Positions 13,138 through 27,488 of a stretch of 64,000 nucleotides of DNA are shown one piece after another. Source of the DNA: Octopus sinensis (taxonomy: Eukaryota); NCBI RefSeq assembly GCF_006345805.1, contig NC_043001.1:115630001-115694000 (forward strand), given 5' to 3'. The translations under genes were made by a program, and so were the position numbers. Position 1 is the stretch's first letter. The number at the start of each line of letters is the position of its first letter. The notes beneath the pieces are model-generated. The model saw only the letters and a list, made by a program, of their open reading frames with translations. It had not been told where the DNA came from and ran no database searches.

Positions 13138-15025
13138 ATGTGTGTATGTGTATGCTAAAACAGGCTTAAACTAAGGTATAAATTGAAAATGCTAAATTTG
13201 TATTTTTTTGTAAGATACATAATTTTCCTTCTGGTTTATCTCTTCAGGCGTTTTAAGGTTTATGTAATCTATTTAAAACTCTTACCCTTTCACACTGTCT
13301 CATTTTCTTATCTTTTCATTTTCATTTTCTCATGTCTTGTTCATAAATGCTTTTGACTTCTATTAATTTCTCTTAATTTAGCTTAGTGTCCCCTGTTTTT
13401 ATTTTGATACAATACTTCATTCTCCTCTTTCACCTTCCCAACTTCTCCTACTAATGGCATTACCCAGTTGTCTTTCTATACTAGAACATAATTTCTCAGT
13501 ATGAGTTTTCAGTTCATATTATAATCTATTTTGTATTGATTTCTCTGCTAGAAAATGACATTTTTTTCTTCAATTTTATGTACATTTTTTCATGCATTGT
13601 TATGAGCCTTACTCATTGATATAACACAATGTCTGCAGTAAGATTTGAATTCATGACAAAGTATTCACTACTTCAGTACTTTTACTTTTATATCTACTTT
13701 TCTTAACCTTAATTTTGCTAAACGCTTTTATTATCGCTATAATTTTAACTCAGTAAATAAAGATGAATTATGCTTCCTTCAAGTATCATTTTATCTTTTC
13801 TATTAACCATTTCAGTAGAATTTGATTTAACTTTCTTCTCAGAAGCAAGAACATTCAAATCCAAATTGTTAGAACGTGTATTTGTAAAAGAAATCGAACT
13901 TATAGTTTTATTCTGATAAAATTACTTCACTCTCTTTTACATAGGTAAATTGCATGTGCAAATATTTATTCAGATCCAGTATTATTCCTCTTATATCTTA
14001 CTACAAAATGAATAAATAAATTGTTATAAGAAGGATGTTGTTTTTGTGCTTTAGTTGGATGAAAGGGTGTGTTCCTGGCCTGTGTAGACTCTCAAAAGTC
14101 GTAAAATTAATGAGTTTATATGCAGCTTGTACATCAGTATGTCAATATATACAGATAGACAGGCATGAAAGAAATTCCAGAGTGTTGACTTTCTAAGGAA
14201 GAAGGAGTGGGTATAGTTAATGCAATGTGACACAATATGGGTGGCAAGAAGAGGAGCAACTCTTTAAGGTTGGCTTAGGAAGAGGATGGTATGTAACTAG
14301 CTATGTCAGAGGAATAGAGATTCTATTCTAGTAGTTCTAGAAGAGGCAGTGAGAGGAGACATGTTTATAGGCAAAAGGTTGTTAAGAGCAAACTGGTGAA
14401 CGAATTTTGCTAATTATTTGGAAGATCTTCTGGATATAATCCTAGGATGTATGTGTAGCAGTACTTTTTCACATGTGGTAACAAATAAGGGAATGAAGTA
14501 TACCAAGTTAGAGCCAAATTTCATGTGTAAGAGTCACAAAATCATCAATAGATAAAGCCACACTAAATTATTTGTTTAAACCAGTGTTTCTCAACCAGGG
14601 GCCATGTAGCTCCTAAGTGTACATATAAGATTTTTGGGAGATCCATGCAACAAAATAGTAAACTGGGGATCCACAAAAGTATTTGAAGGGACCCTGAAAA
14701 ACTTTGTTTTAGATATATGTATTGGTATGTATTTCCAGAAAGAGCTAAGTTTAAACTTTAAACAAATAATTTCATGTGGCTTTGTCTGTTGATAGTTTTA
14801 TGACCCTTGCATAAATGTATTCTGGCTATGCCTCAGTATATTTCACTCTCTTCCTTGTTGCAAAATGGAAGGGTTAACACAGTTTAAACATCTTGGTATT
14901 TTTCCTGAATCAAACTTCAAATTTTTCATTTTTAATTCACTTGAGAACAATTTCATTTGTGTGTAATTCGTTTATTCATCAATAAAAGACCTGAAACGGT
15001 TGTATTGAACCTTGACCTATTTGAT

Positions 15026-15045
15026 TTCTTATATATATATGTATA

Positions 15046-15109
<64 letters not shown>

Positions 15110-15124
15110 TACATATATATATAT

Positions 15125-15171
<47 letters not shown>

Positions 15172-15255
15172 TACATATATATATATATACATACATATAT
15201 ATATATACATATATATACATATATATATATACATACATACAGACATACATGTATG

Positions 15256-15310
<55 letters not shown>

Positions 15311-15712
15311 GTGTGCGTGTAAATATATATATATATGTGTATATATATATGTATATATATATATATATGTATATATTATATTAAATTAGAGATAAAACCA
15401 CTATTAGGCAAATCAAACAGTGGTAACATAAGCCAATACATAAAATTAATTTTAAAATATAAAAGTTAAAAATTTAAAAAATATTAAAATAATTTAAATT
15501 TATAAATTTTAAATATATATATACAAATATATATATATATGTATATTTTTATATTTATGTATTATTTTGTTTATTAATTTATTTATTTATTTATTTTTTA
15601 TAAATATGTATATATATATATATATGTATATATATGTATATATATATATGTATATATATATGTATATATATATGTATATATATATATGTATATATATATG
15701 TATATATATATG

Positions 15713-15743
<31 letters not shown>

Positions 15744-15876
15744 GTATATGTATATATATATATGTATATATATATGTATATATATATGTATATATATATA
15801 TATATATGTATATGTATATATATATATGTATATATATATGTATATATATATATGTATATATATATGTACATGTATA

Positions 15877-15936
<60 letters not shown>
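15026..15936. repeat. Compound (TA)/(TG)/(TACA) microsatellite blocks around an AT-rich linker (mirrors 40727-41060 and 42550-42848)
   Basis: Directly visible. Source of the YIYI ORFs. Confidence 0.98.
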
Positions 15937-15939
<3 letters not shown>

Positions 15940-16500
15940 TACATAAGTGGAAAATCGGTATGTGTTTGTTTGTGGCAATGTTAGCTAACTCCTCCTACAT
16001 CGTTTTATTGATTCTGATGAAACTTGAAACGTGTGTAGAACTTATGTTTGGAAATCTCATGACATACTTAGATTGTTGAAAAAATTGGTGATACGGCTCC
16101 TAGAAGGGAACTTTATATCTACCTTATATAACTAAATTTTTTAAACACCCAAGGGAAATAACCCATAGCATCTTCACAATTTCTTTTTTAACCACTCAAG
16201 GGAAATAACCCATTTTATTGTTTATGTTCAATTACTTTGAATATTGAGTTCTTGTGTGTCCAACTGCTAATTTTAGCAGACAATATCACGTTTATACTTT
16301 ATTTCATATGTGAGTAGAACTCGTGTCTGGAAACCTGGTGACATACTTACATTGTTGAAAAATATTGATAATAGGATCTTTCTGTCAATTACATATTACT
16401 AATATTTTAGTTAAACAACCCAAGGGAATTAACCCACACAATCTGCAGTTTTTAGCAAAGCGATCAATATTTGATTCTCACGATCAGCCGACCTAATTCT
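15936..16500 (+). mobile_element. Non-autonomous Helitron-like element remnant (mirror about 40190-40730)
   Basis: Starts atcctacataa...tgtttgtttgt...gattctgatgaaactt, a typical non-autonomous Helitron 5' end. Internal repeats aagggaaataaccca. 3' end not identified. Confidence 0.4.
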
Positions 16501-17384
16501 GCATTTCACTGCTCACAATTTTGAACTGCTAAACATTATTATTGCACTTCCTTAATTTGAATCTTAAACCTTAAAGACTTCATTCATGCATTTCTATACA
16601 TGCATACTTTTTTCAATGCCCATTACTCTGATAATTCTGCATTTTTACAGTTACACTTTTTGCAGGAGAGTAGATAATTTTTTTTTATTCCACAAAATAT
16701 TTGTAGTGGCAATCCGCGATTGCCAAATTTCACTTAACACTTCAACAGCACTTTTCTCACGGTAAAACAATAGTTTTTCTGTGAATGACAGCAGTTATAC
16801 ATTTCCCAGATGCCTTCGCTAAGCAGAATGATGTCTTTGCCACTTGACCCTTCTAACCTCTTCTAGGCCACCAAGGGCTGGAATGGAGATAACAGACCTC
16901 CAACGAAATCATTTATTCTCAATAATATACCTATCCTTCTGGCTGCTTTTCAATAGTTATAAAAACAAGAACTTCATAAGCTAAAGGTAGTTACTAAGAG
17001 CAACCATGTATGAGTGTGAACGTTATCATTGCACTTTCTTCAAACAAACAATGAAATCATTTGTTATCAACAGTATGTCTGTCCTTGTGGCTGTTTTGCA
17101 ATAGTTATAAAAATGAGAACTCCGAATGACCATCGAAAGCAGTAATCATATATTTCAGCTTGGTTGATTTCACCAAGAGGAAAGAGCGCCCCAGAAGGTG
17201 TTTGTATACCATATAAAGACAAAGTGTACAAGTATTGTACGCAATTATGTTATAAGCTTTAGCTTCCATTTAGAGTGTTATAGCATAAAAATGAACTGTT
17301 GATGCCTGGTGCAAGGCAGAAGAGTTTAATTAACAAAAGAAGCTAAAGTAAAATTTATTGGTCAATTCAGACCAATTTCAATCC

Positions 17385-18240
17385 TGACTGTAGATGACAA
17401 GATTTACATGGATTTACTTGCTAAAGGGATCAGCTACATATCTACAAAATCATGTCTATAGGACGGGAAATGTCCAGAAGGCTGACATCTCCGGAATTCG
17501 TGGGTGTGTGGAACAAGCATTTTCAATCTGGGATGCATACAAGACAGACAGGAGAGTAAAAAGGAGTTGAATGTTGTATGGTTTGATCTGGTTAATGCTT
17601 ATATTTCTGTACCATTCAGTAGATAGCTCCAATCAGTTGTTGATGAAAGCAATGGACTTCTTTTATATACTGGAAGAAAAGATTATCTGATGAAGAGCTG
17701 CTATAACAATTTCAAAATGCAGTTCATGGCAGAAAATTTCACAACAGAGTGGGATCGTCTTGAAATTGAAATACCTGTAGGTTGCACAATATCGATCATT
17801 TGAGCTTGTTATGGAGAAGCTACTTAGATCAGCAGATTGATCAGAGGAAATGGCTCGAGTGAAATCACATGAGAAGGCATTAATTGATGATATAACAATA
17901 ATAACAAGAGAGTAAAATGATATACAAATCGTCCTGGATAGACTGGATGGACTAATTACTTCGGCAAGAGTGTGGTTTAAAGCTAATAAGTTACGCAGTC
18001 TGTCAGTTGTCAAAGGTCATCAGAAGAAGTTCAAAATAGCAGGTGAAACCATGTCAAAGGTTGAAAAGAAACCTATAAAATGTTTAGGACAATGGTACAC
18101 TACCTCATTGTCCAATAAGAGTAGAGGCATTGAGATCATGGCAGAAAGAGAGGATGGGTTATAAGCAATAGATAAGTGAGGACCTCTCGGAAAATACAAG
18201 ATTTGCCGCGTCCAGTTTGATCTATATCTCCGTCTTGCGT
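17385..18240 (+). mobile_element. Decayed HERO-like (RLE-type) non-LTR RT fragment
   Basis: QKADISGIRGCVEQ, VVWFDLVNAYISVP, EIPVGCTIS and KPIKCLGQWYTTSL...AIDK*GPLGKYK...QFDLYLRL. Confidence 0.75.
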
Positions 18241-18244
18241 ATAT

Positions 18245-19577
18245 ATTCTTGAGCATCCGTTCTTGTGTACCATTTCAGATATTTTTCACCGCCATAACGT
18301 GTGGATAATTAGTTATATGAAGTTAATGAGGTTTGTGCAAATGTAGAGTGTAGCGTGTAAAATCTAGCATGCATTGATTTCAACACTTCTTATTAATAAC
18401 TGCACTTTTTGATTCCACGTAAATTGACAACTGAATGTTCAAAGAAGACTTGTAATGTGACTAGTAGCGGCCTCTTTTGAAAATGGACAAAATATGGCAT
18501 CGTGCAGAAAAAGGGTTTATTCCCCAAGGACGATCATGCTGACACGGTTGCTATATTAGGTGATGACACTCCAACTTTATCAACTGTGCAAAAGTGGACA
18601 GTTGAATTTAGGAGGCGAACTGAGAGTATTGAAAAGACCCAATGTCTGGACGTCCTGCTACTTTCACCACCGAGGAAAACATTTAACATTTTCACCGCAT
18701 GGTGATGGATGACGGGTGATTGACTATAAATCAAATAGCCAATGGTATTAGCATTTTCCGTGACAGATTTGAGAATATTCTGCACTTGGCATGACAATGG
18801 TTTCTGTTTGGTGGGTGCCACGTCTTCTAAGACCTGATCAAAAGCACACTAGACTGATCACATTATTCTAAAATCCGACATTGCTTGAAGCAGACTCAGC
18901 TGAATTCCTTGAACCTTTCTTAAGCCACGATGAGTGTTGGATTAAACACTTTGAGCCTCAGACAAAAAGATAATCCATGCAGTAGAAACACACGTCTTTA
19001 CCTGTTCCAAGGAAGGCCGACATTGTTTCATCTGCATGGAAGGGGATAGTCTCAGATTTTTGTGATGCAAAAGGCATTGTGTTTATTGACTATTTTCAGA
19101 AGGGCTCTGCCATCAAGGGAGGGTATTATACCATCTTACTGAAGCAGTTACAAAAGACTATCGAGACCAAATGCCCCGGGAAACTAATGCAACGGGTTCT
19201 GTATCATCAAAACAAGACAATGCCGCAGCACATACGTCCTTGCCTTCAATGGCTGTTGAGCATGGCCCTGGTTTTGAACTAGTTGATCACCTTACTTCTT
19301 CTCCCGATTTACCCCCTTCTGACTATCGTTTGTACATCAACTTTCAAAAATACTCGGTTGGGAATCGTCATCGCATTGACGATGACATCGTATCTGTTGC
19401 TGAGGACTTTTTTGAGCAACAGGATGAAAGCTTGTTCACCAATGGGATTCAAGAACTGAAATACCAACGGAAGAATTGCGTGGACCTCAAGGAGGGGGTG
19501 TTGAAAAAAAAACTCTCATTTGCTCACATTCGTTGAGAGTATCTTTGTCAGAATATGAACTTTTCAACCGACCATCA
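18245..19577 (+). mobile_element. Decayed mariner transposon, family 2 (mirror about 37430-38762 -)
   Basis: MDKIWHRA..., PTLSTVQKWTVEFRR, MSGRP, QDNAAAH, SPDLPPSDYRLY. 3' TIR gaacttttcaaccgaccatca followed by TA. Many frameshifts; 5' TIR not seen. Confidence 0.85.
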
Positions 19578-20549
19578 TATGTAGGATACCTTAATAAATA
19601 AAAGTGATTTAGGAAGATTAGCTGGATATTAAGCTATTGTATGGTACCATTGTAAAACGTTTGAAAATGTTGGGCAAAACAGTTGCGGTCCCCATTTGGC
19701 CATTGATGATACGAATATCTTACGATAATAAAATATCGATTATTAATTAAGATTAAGGAATTTTACTATAAAATGTAAAACATGGAAGTATTTATTTCAG
19801 ATACTAAAAAACTGAAGGAGAAGGATCTCCTGAAAGTGGCACGGCAATTGGGAAGCGATTGGTGGCAAGTAGGTGAGTAGAAAATAATGATATCTAATTG
19901 ATTTCTGTAAATGTTACTTTTACTCAAAGTTTTTGTATGTCAGATTGACTGAGAACAGGTTCCATTCCTAATTTCCATTTGAAATGTTATCTGTAAAATA
20001 ATTCTATTAAATATATTAATGTAATTTAATGAAATCGAGGTTAGCGTCATTGGTAAAATGGATAATTAATGATACACAATAGAATCAATTTTGTCTTTGG
20101 CAAGAGGTGGACTAAAGCAGGTTGTTGTTTAAGGGTAAACAGGTAAGCTAATGACAATGTTTTTGTTTGTCTTACATTTTTACTAAGTTTACTGCTTGGT
20201 ATTTGTAAGGAAGCAAAGTTAATAATCAGAAAAACTCTTGTTTATTCCACCGTAAGAATTTGAGTTAGGTTCTTCTTGAAACAACCATTGTTAAGACCAT
20301 TATGTAAGAAGCAGGTAATCGCAACTCATATCACCATATTAGAATGACGACGTCTTAATCACATGACATACGCCAGCAAAATGGTTGAATCATTTTCAAC
20401 TTAAGCAAACCCCCTAATATCGTATTAACCTTGTGATTGAGGAAGTTTCTTTCTCAATTTAAAGATGTTTCTATGAAAAGTTATAAAAATATGATTTGCA
20501 CCCGTTTTTAAGCTACCGAACACCATTGCAATTCTTGGGTATGATAATG

Positions 20550-20717
20550 GGCGATCCTTCGGTATAGGTACCATTAGTACCGGACGTAGCTTTGTTTACA
20601 TTTCTGAAGATAACAGAAACCCTTTTCTCCCACCCTAACCCTAACCATGACCCCACCATATATATTAAAAAAACACTTTCTTGAAATGCTTCCGGTACTT
20701 ATACCGAAGTTACGCCT
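20550..20717. mobile_element. About 170 bp MITE (mirror about 36290-36457)
   Basis: Imperfect TIRs ggcgatccttcggtataggtacc / ggtacttataccgaagttacgcc, with internal ccctaaccctaacc. Confidence 0.65.
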
Positions 20718-23635
20718 AATAATGTATACCGTCGTTAAAGGATGAATTTGTTTTTGTTCGTATAATAGAATATAAATTCTTATTTGGCAAAATATTTTTA
20801 GATGGTGAAAGAGAAAGTATTAAAAGATGAAATAATCGACAGAAGAAAAAGGGAATTATTTCACCAACGAAACAAAGGAAACGAAAGAAGTGGGAAAGGA
20901 TTAACCAGTAGAAGATGGGTGGCGAGGGGTTTAATCTTTTATACTTTTAATGTTTTTTCTTCCTTTCCCTAGAAATTCCCCTAAAAATCTGCTGCTAAAT
21001 ATAAATCTATATTCTATGAAAGTAAATTGTCCTTCAAAAAGTGTATTTTATTATAGAAACCAGAAGTGATGAGAGTAATATACGAATATTTCATGAAACC
21101 CGTTTGATATTCGATTGGGCTGTTCCTGTGTGGGTCTCGGCAACTTGTATAACCCCGTTAAATTGTCAGCGATTCACTGTTTTGTTGATCCAAATGATGA
21201 CAGCATCCATACACAGGCTATAGAAGGGCGATGGACGTTCATGAAGAAGGAAGGCAAGGATGTGGAATTACTCTTTTGATTGACTCAATCACCTGACTGT
21301 GGCCATGCTAGAGCACCGCCTTTGAACAAATCGACGTCAGGACTTATTTTTTTAGCCTAGTTCTTATTCTGTTGTTGCCTTTTGACAAACCATTAAGCTA
21401 CGAAGAACTAAATATAGCAACACTGATTGTCAAGCGGTCACGGGACACAAACAAACACGACGGGCATCTTTCAGTTTCTGTCTACCCCCCACCCCACCCC
21501 AAAAAAACCCTCGGATATTTTTGCGTGGTATCAAGTACCCTGACCTCCTAATATGTTGCAAACTTCTTATTTTTGTTCGGAAAAGTGGGGAGGGGGTTCG
21601 CCCCCCACCATATCACGGAAACATTGGAATTTTTATTTTCTTACTGAAAATCATGCGAGTGAAAGAATCAAATAATACCTAAGAGATGTTTCATTTGCAG
21701 ATGAGACTGCGGAAGAGAATTGGATCAAAATTTACCATAACTTTTTTTCAGATACAAATGAAAGAATAATTTATCTGACACAAACAGAAAATAATTGATG
21801 GAAATATACTTCAGCAATTTTCAGCAATTTCATGACCTTTTTTGTGTATGTTTAAAAAGAGTTTTTTTAACCCTACCCTTTTAAGTGTATAGTACAGAAA
21901 AAGAATTTGACTCATGGAAGCATAAAAGTTTTCACAATAAACCGATGGGGAAGATGATGATTATGATGTGCAAAACAAGTATCTGCTAAGAAAATCCATT
22001 TTTTCATTCTTTTGTGGGTCAGGCAGAGATTTTTCTGCCAGATGGCCTTCTTCTTGTGAACCCTCACTAGTTTCCAAGCAAGGTAATATGTCTGCACATA
22101 TTTTCAGGTTGATGTGCATTGACATGTGTTAAGTGATATGAAGACACAAAAACACACAGGACTACCTTCTTTGAGTTTCTGTTTATCAGATCCACTCAGA
22201 TGGCTTTAGATGCTGCTATTAAAGAAGACACTTGCTCAAGGTGCTGCTCTGTGGAACTGAACTTGAAATCACATCGTTGGAAATCAAAGTTGTTTTCCTA
22301 ATTTTCTTGGCTTTTCATTATTCATCAATGTTTATTCTTGCTTCATCTGTCATAAAAATTGTAGTTCCGGCAGTTCTCCATGTGACAACATGACCTACTA
22401 GAAATAACAGCACATTTCTCTTCAATTTGTCCTGTGGGTTACAAATATTGAAGACTGACATAATTATATATATATAGAATGTAAGAGAAATAGACAGGAT
22501 GTTCATGGGTGGAATGTCTATAATCACACGTCTGTTCAGTCAGAACTGACCTGGATCTAAACAACAATGTCAAGTTATATTTCTGGAGAAAGACTAATGT
22601 TAGTGTCCACCATTCTGTAGTTTTATTTGAAAAGCCTTACACAATGTGAAGGTGTCAGTGGAGTTGACAAATATCTAAGCTTCACACAAGATTCTATGAT
22701 GTAAATTTTAATAAATGAAGTTCATCGTCATCTTTCGACCTATGTTGTCTATACTGGAAGCGATTCGATGGTTCCGAGAGCTAAATGCCCTTCCTCGTGC
22801 CAACCACCTCACAGTTCACAGGTTGCTTTTATGTGGCACTGCACAGGCAATTTTATGTGCCACCACAGAGTTGCTTTAATGTGGTGCCACTTTAACATGG
22901 CACTGCACATCTGCTTTTATGAAGAAAGGTCACAAGTGTTTTTTGCCACCAGACGGATGAGTCTGAATATTTCTGCTGTGGAGTACAGATTTTCTTGGGT
23001 ACAGCTGGGTGCCAGGCACCTTTGTCTTTATCATATCACCTGAAACTCTCCCATATCTTCTTGGGTGTCCCACTCCCATCTACTTTGAGAGATTGGCATT
23101 TCTTTATGGAGCTGTTGGCATCCAGCTCAGTTGTTAAGGTAAATGTTTGTTTCTACAGTTTATCTCAGTAGAAATAAATCTGTATTTTTTAAGTAGCCTC
23201 CACATTTTACACTGCTGTTTCTTTATAATTTCAAAACATCAGATGACAGAAGAAGCATCATCAATATCTACCATGTTTTAAAGACTAAACGAAAATATAC
23301 AAAACATGTATAACATCGTTTTTACAAATCTGTGGAAGAATTCCTGTGAAACATTTGCTCTGAAATAATATATTTAGCCAAATTTCTGAACATTATTGAC
23401 TGGAATGTCAAGAAGATAAGACTGTGTCATGATTAAGGTTTGATAAATTTATGGAAGTGTTGCTAAACAAAGGTAACACTGGACAGAAATACAGCAGCAG
23501 AAGTGTATGTAAGGAACAAAATATAAAAACAAAAGCAAGAAAAATATATTGACTGGGATTTGAGAGGAAAAGTAAGAGAAAAGAGAGAGAAAAAATTATA
23601 GAATAGATTTTTTCCCTTAACACCTCATAAAAGAG

Positions 23636-23988
<353 letters not shown>

Positions 23989-24594
23989 TTTCTATGGTTT
24001 CTTGTTTACTATGTTTAATATTCCTGTGTTGTAAATTGTGGTGAAAGTATTTCAAAGAATTTTAGATTTTTTCATTTGTTTATGCAGTTTCCTTTCCATG
24101 TTCTAAGGGCCTCTATACCTAATCTCCTCTTCCTGACAACCCCACACATTATTCTTTCTTGAATATCGCATCCTGTAATTAACTGACTTCTCGTCTACAA
24201 CTGTGATTGTCACACGCCGATGATAGGTCAATACCTTGAAACTCGAGTCCGTGTGTATCATAAGTTGAAGACGGGAAGGATGACTTCCCTTTGCAAATAC
24301 TGATAGGGCACGGAAAGTGTGTCTATAGCCAGCTGGAAGAGGTGTCTTCCTGGGGCTACAAACTACAGTAGCATCCACCCTTAGGGGTTAGCCATATTCA
24401 AATGGAAAATATACGTCACGATGTGTTGCCGCTACTGTTTATAACTCGCTCTGAGATTTATCATTGTTTGATTTCACTTTTTCAATATCAGTGTCAATCG
24501 ATACTGGAAAAAGTATATGTATTTGTGAGGGGAGCTGACTTCTCGTTGACAACTATGATTGTCACACGTCGATGATAGGTCAATACCTTGAAGG

Positions 24595-24870
24595 TGGGTG
24601 GCTGAGTGGTTAGGGCATTCGACTCACGATCGTATGGTTGTCAGTTCGATTCCAGGCAACGCGTTGCGTCCTTTAATTCACGTTTGAATTAAATGCTTTG
24701 CGGTATTTCGTCTGTCTTTACGTTCTGAGTTCAAATTCCACCGAGGTCGACTTTGCTTTTCATCCTTTCGGGGTCGATAAATTAATTACCAGTTGCGTAC
24801 TGGAGTCGATCTAATCGACTTCCCCTCCTCCAAAATTTCCGGCTTTGTTCCTAGAGAAGAAAAGAATATT
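24595..24870 (+). mobile_element. tRNA-derived SINE composite with conserved central domain (mirror about 33138-33413)
   Basis: A box ggctgagtggttagg and B box gttcgattcc, then gaggtcgactttgcttttcatcctttcggggtcgataaa..accag, a Meta/Nin-type SINE core. Confidence 0.75.
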
Positions 24871-25189
24871 TTTATATGGTTGTGTATTGTAGAACTTGTA
24901 GTCAATAAAGCTATACATAATAGGGGCTAAATATTAGGTTAAAAACCCTCTCAATAGATAAAGCTGAACGCTTCCCGTATAACTCGAACCAACATCTCCT
25001 GTAAATTACACAAGCGTTCTACCTCTGGACCAATGCAACCCAGCCAATTTCTGTATCCAAAGTGGATTTTAACCAAGTATTAAAGCCCTCTTATTTACAG
25101 CATCATTTATTTTGGGACTAAATTGTTCCAAGAATGAATTATTTCACCTTCTCTCTGATTTTATAAGACATTATTTTATGGTTTCATGC

Positions 25190-25655
25190 AGGGTTGACTG
25201 AATCACATGTGCTAACATGCTGAGGCGGTTACGAAAAGATATCAAGACCAAACGGCCAGGCAACCTGCCAAAAGGGGTCATATTTCGCCAGGACAATGCC
25301 CCAGTACACAAGTCAGTCCTTGGTTCCAATGGCTATTGTATATGACTGTGGCTTTGAAGTGGTTGACCAGCTTCCCTGTTCCTCTGATTTGGCCCCTGAC
25401 TGTCATTTGTTTCCAAATATGAAAAACTAAACCCCAAAAAGCAACATCTGGCTGGGAAGCATTATCGCAGTGATGACGACGACATGTCTGCTGTTGATGA
25501 CATTTTGGAGCAGCAGGAAGAAAGCTTGTTCATCAATGGGTCCCAAATACCACAACACTGATGGAAGATGTGTGTGGACCATAAGGGGGAGAAGGTTGAA
25601 AAATAAAACTCATTTGGTCACATTCCATTAGATTTACTGATAAGCTAATGAACCT
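25190..25655 (+). mobile_element. Mariner 3' fragment (mirror about 32353-32818)
   Basis: KRPGNLPKGVIFRQDNAPVH and SDLAPD.HLFPNMK. Same type as 19100-19577. Confidence 0.8.
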
Positions 25656-25669
25656 TCCAGCTGACTCTT

Positions 25670-26000
25670 GTGTGTGAGCATTGGAATCACAATCATGAGG
25701 TTGTGAGTTCGAATCCTGGTCCGAGCTGTGTGTTGTGTTCTTGGGCAAAACACTTTATCTCACGTTACTCCAGTTCACTAATCGATAGAAATGAGCTGTG
25801 ACCCCTCACTGCTTCCAAGCTGTATCGGCCCTCTTTGCCTTTCCCTTGGATAACATCGGTGGCGTGGAGGGGAGGGGCCAGTATGCATGGGCGGCTTCTG
25901 ATCTTCCATAAACAGCCTTGCTCGGATTTATGCCTCCAAGGGGAACTTTCTAAGTGCAACCTCATGCTCATTCATGACCGAAGGGGGTCTTTAGCCTTTA
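25670..26000 (+). mobile_element. tRNA-derived SINE with (TACA)n tail (mirror about 32008-32338)
   Basis: B box gagttcgaatcc, body gtgttgtgttcttgggcaaaacactttatctcac, microsatellite tail. Confidence 0.8.
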
Positions 26001-26107
26001 TACATACATACATACATACATACATACATACATACATACATACATACATACATACATACACACACACACTCACACTCACACAAACATATATATATAGATA
26101 GATAGAT

Positions 26108-26181
<74 letters not shown>

Positions 26182-26197
26182 GATAGATATAGATATA

Positions 26198-27488
26198 CGA
26201 GGGGCGTTCAATAAGTAATACCTCTGACCCACTTGCAGTTGTTTGATCTAGCTAAAATTTTGCCTGTGCAATTATTTATATCTCTATAGATTAAGTGGCA
26301 AATTACAGCTCTGAACTATTTGTGTTTTCTGATTTACAGGTATTTGAACTGAGTCAAGTGGGAAATGGAGCCTGTTGAGTGTCGAGCAGTGATCCGGTTT
26401 TTGTATTTGAAAGGACGCACACCACGGGGTACTTTTGATGAAATGAGAGTAACTTATGGTGATGATGCCCCATCATATGAACTTGTAAAATGCTGGCATC
26501 GTGAATTCAAACATGGTTGGAACTCTGTGGAAACAGCTCCCAGATCTGGTCGCCCCCTTCTGCCATTGATAAGGCATCTGTCCGTCAAGTTGAGGCTGTA
26601 ATTTTGGAAGATCGACGCATAACTATTCGCCAAATAGCGCATGAGGTCAAGATTAGCACCGGGTCTGAGGAAACTACCATTCATGACCATTTGCATATGC
26701 AAAAGGTGTCTGCCAGATGGATTCTCAGGCTGCTCACACCTTTCCAGAAGCAAGAACGCGTCGATTCCTCGAGGATGAATTTAGAGATGTGCCAAGAAGA
26801 TGAGTCAACATTTTTCAAAAGACTGATTACACAAGATGAAACCTGGGTCTATCACTATGATCCAGAGACCAAAGCCCAGTCAATGCAGTGGAAGCACTGT
26901 GACTCTCCTCCTCCAAAGAAGGCAAGGGTGCAGCCCTCCGCTGGCAAGGTCATGCTCACAGTCTTCTGGGACCAGGACGGAGTAATGATGACAGATTTCC
27001 TGGCAAAGGGTGCCACAATTACAGGAGTCTATTATGCTTCACTTTTGAGGAAATTAAGAGAAGCTATCAAAATCAAGAGGCGGGGCAAGATCAGCAAAGT
27101 CATCCTCCTCCTGCAGGACAACGCTCCGATCCACAACTCGCGTGTCGCCAGATCAGAAGCACAGGCGTGCGGCTATGAATTCATCCCCCATTCCCTTTAC
27201 TCTCCTGACCTTGCACCCTCTGATTTTCACCTCTTCCCAGCCATGAAGTTGTTATTGAAAGGAAAGTGTTTCCCAGATGATGCAGCCTTGATTTCTGAAG
27301 TCACGTCGTGGTTGGAGGACCAAGTTGGGGTCTTCTACAAAAACGGTATTCAAAGCTGCATCAAATAATGGGGGAAATGCGTAACTCTGGGTGGTTCCTA
27401 TATAGAAAAAGACTAATAACTGTGCCAAGTTTCGTTGCTCTACTGCTATGGGAAGTGGGTCAGGGGCATTACTTATTGAACGCCCCTC

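Noticed and set aside
14985-15005. gaaacggttgta, resembling a hammerhead 3' half
   Set aside because: No upstream CUGANGA box or stem II.
14953-16079. Many long YIYI/IYIC ORFs (also 27252-27678, 28232-30155, 40585-41115, 42539-42926)
   Set aside because: Translations of (TA)n/(TG)n microsatellites, which lack stop codons.
16080-16450. Three aagggaa(a/t)taaccca repeats with spacers, superficially CRISPR-like
   Set aside because: Degenerate repeats with irregular spacing inside a eukaryotic TE, and no cas genes.
20630-20650. Telomere-like ccctaaccctaacc
   Set aside because: Only about two units, internal to a small TIR element. Not an interstitial telomere.
22768-23043. 91 aa ORF identical in both arms (and similar identical ORF pairs at 24103, 25533 and 25765)
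   Set aside because: Identity reflects the duplication. The sequences are RTE 3' UTR-like repeats, SINE or mariner antisense frames.
24177-24592. About 58 bp direct repeats (24183-24240 and 24535-24592) around a possible L1/Tx1 endonuclease relic
   Set aside because: No TG...CA, PBS or PPT, so not LTRs. The protein similarity is too weak to call.
24595-24660. tRNA-like sequences (also 29380-29455, 29660-29685, 43918-43990)
   Set aside because: They have A and B boxes but no complete cloverleaf or acceptor stem, and they run into SINE bodies.
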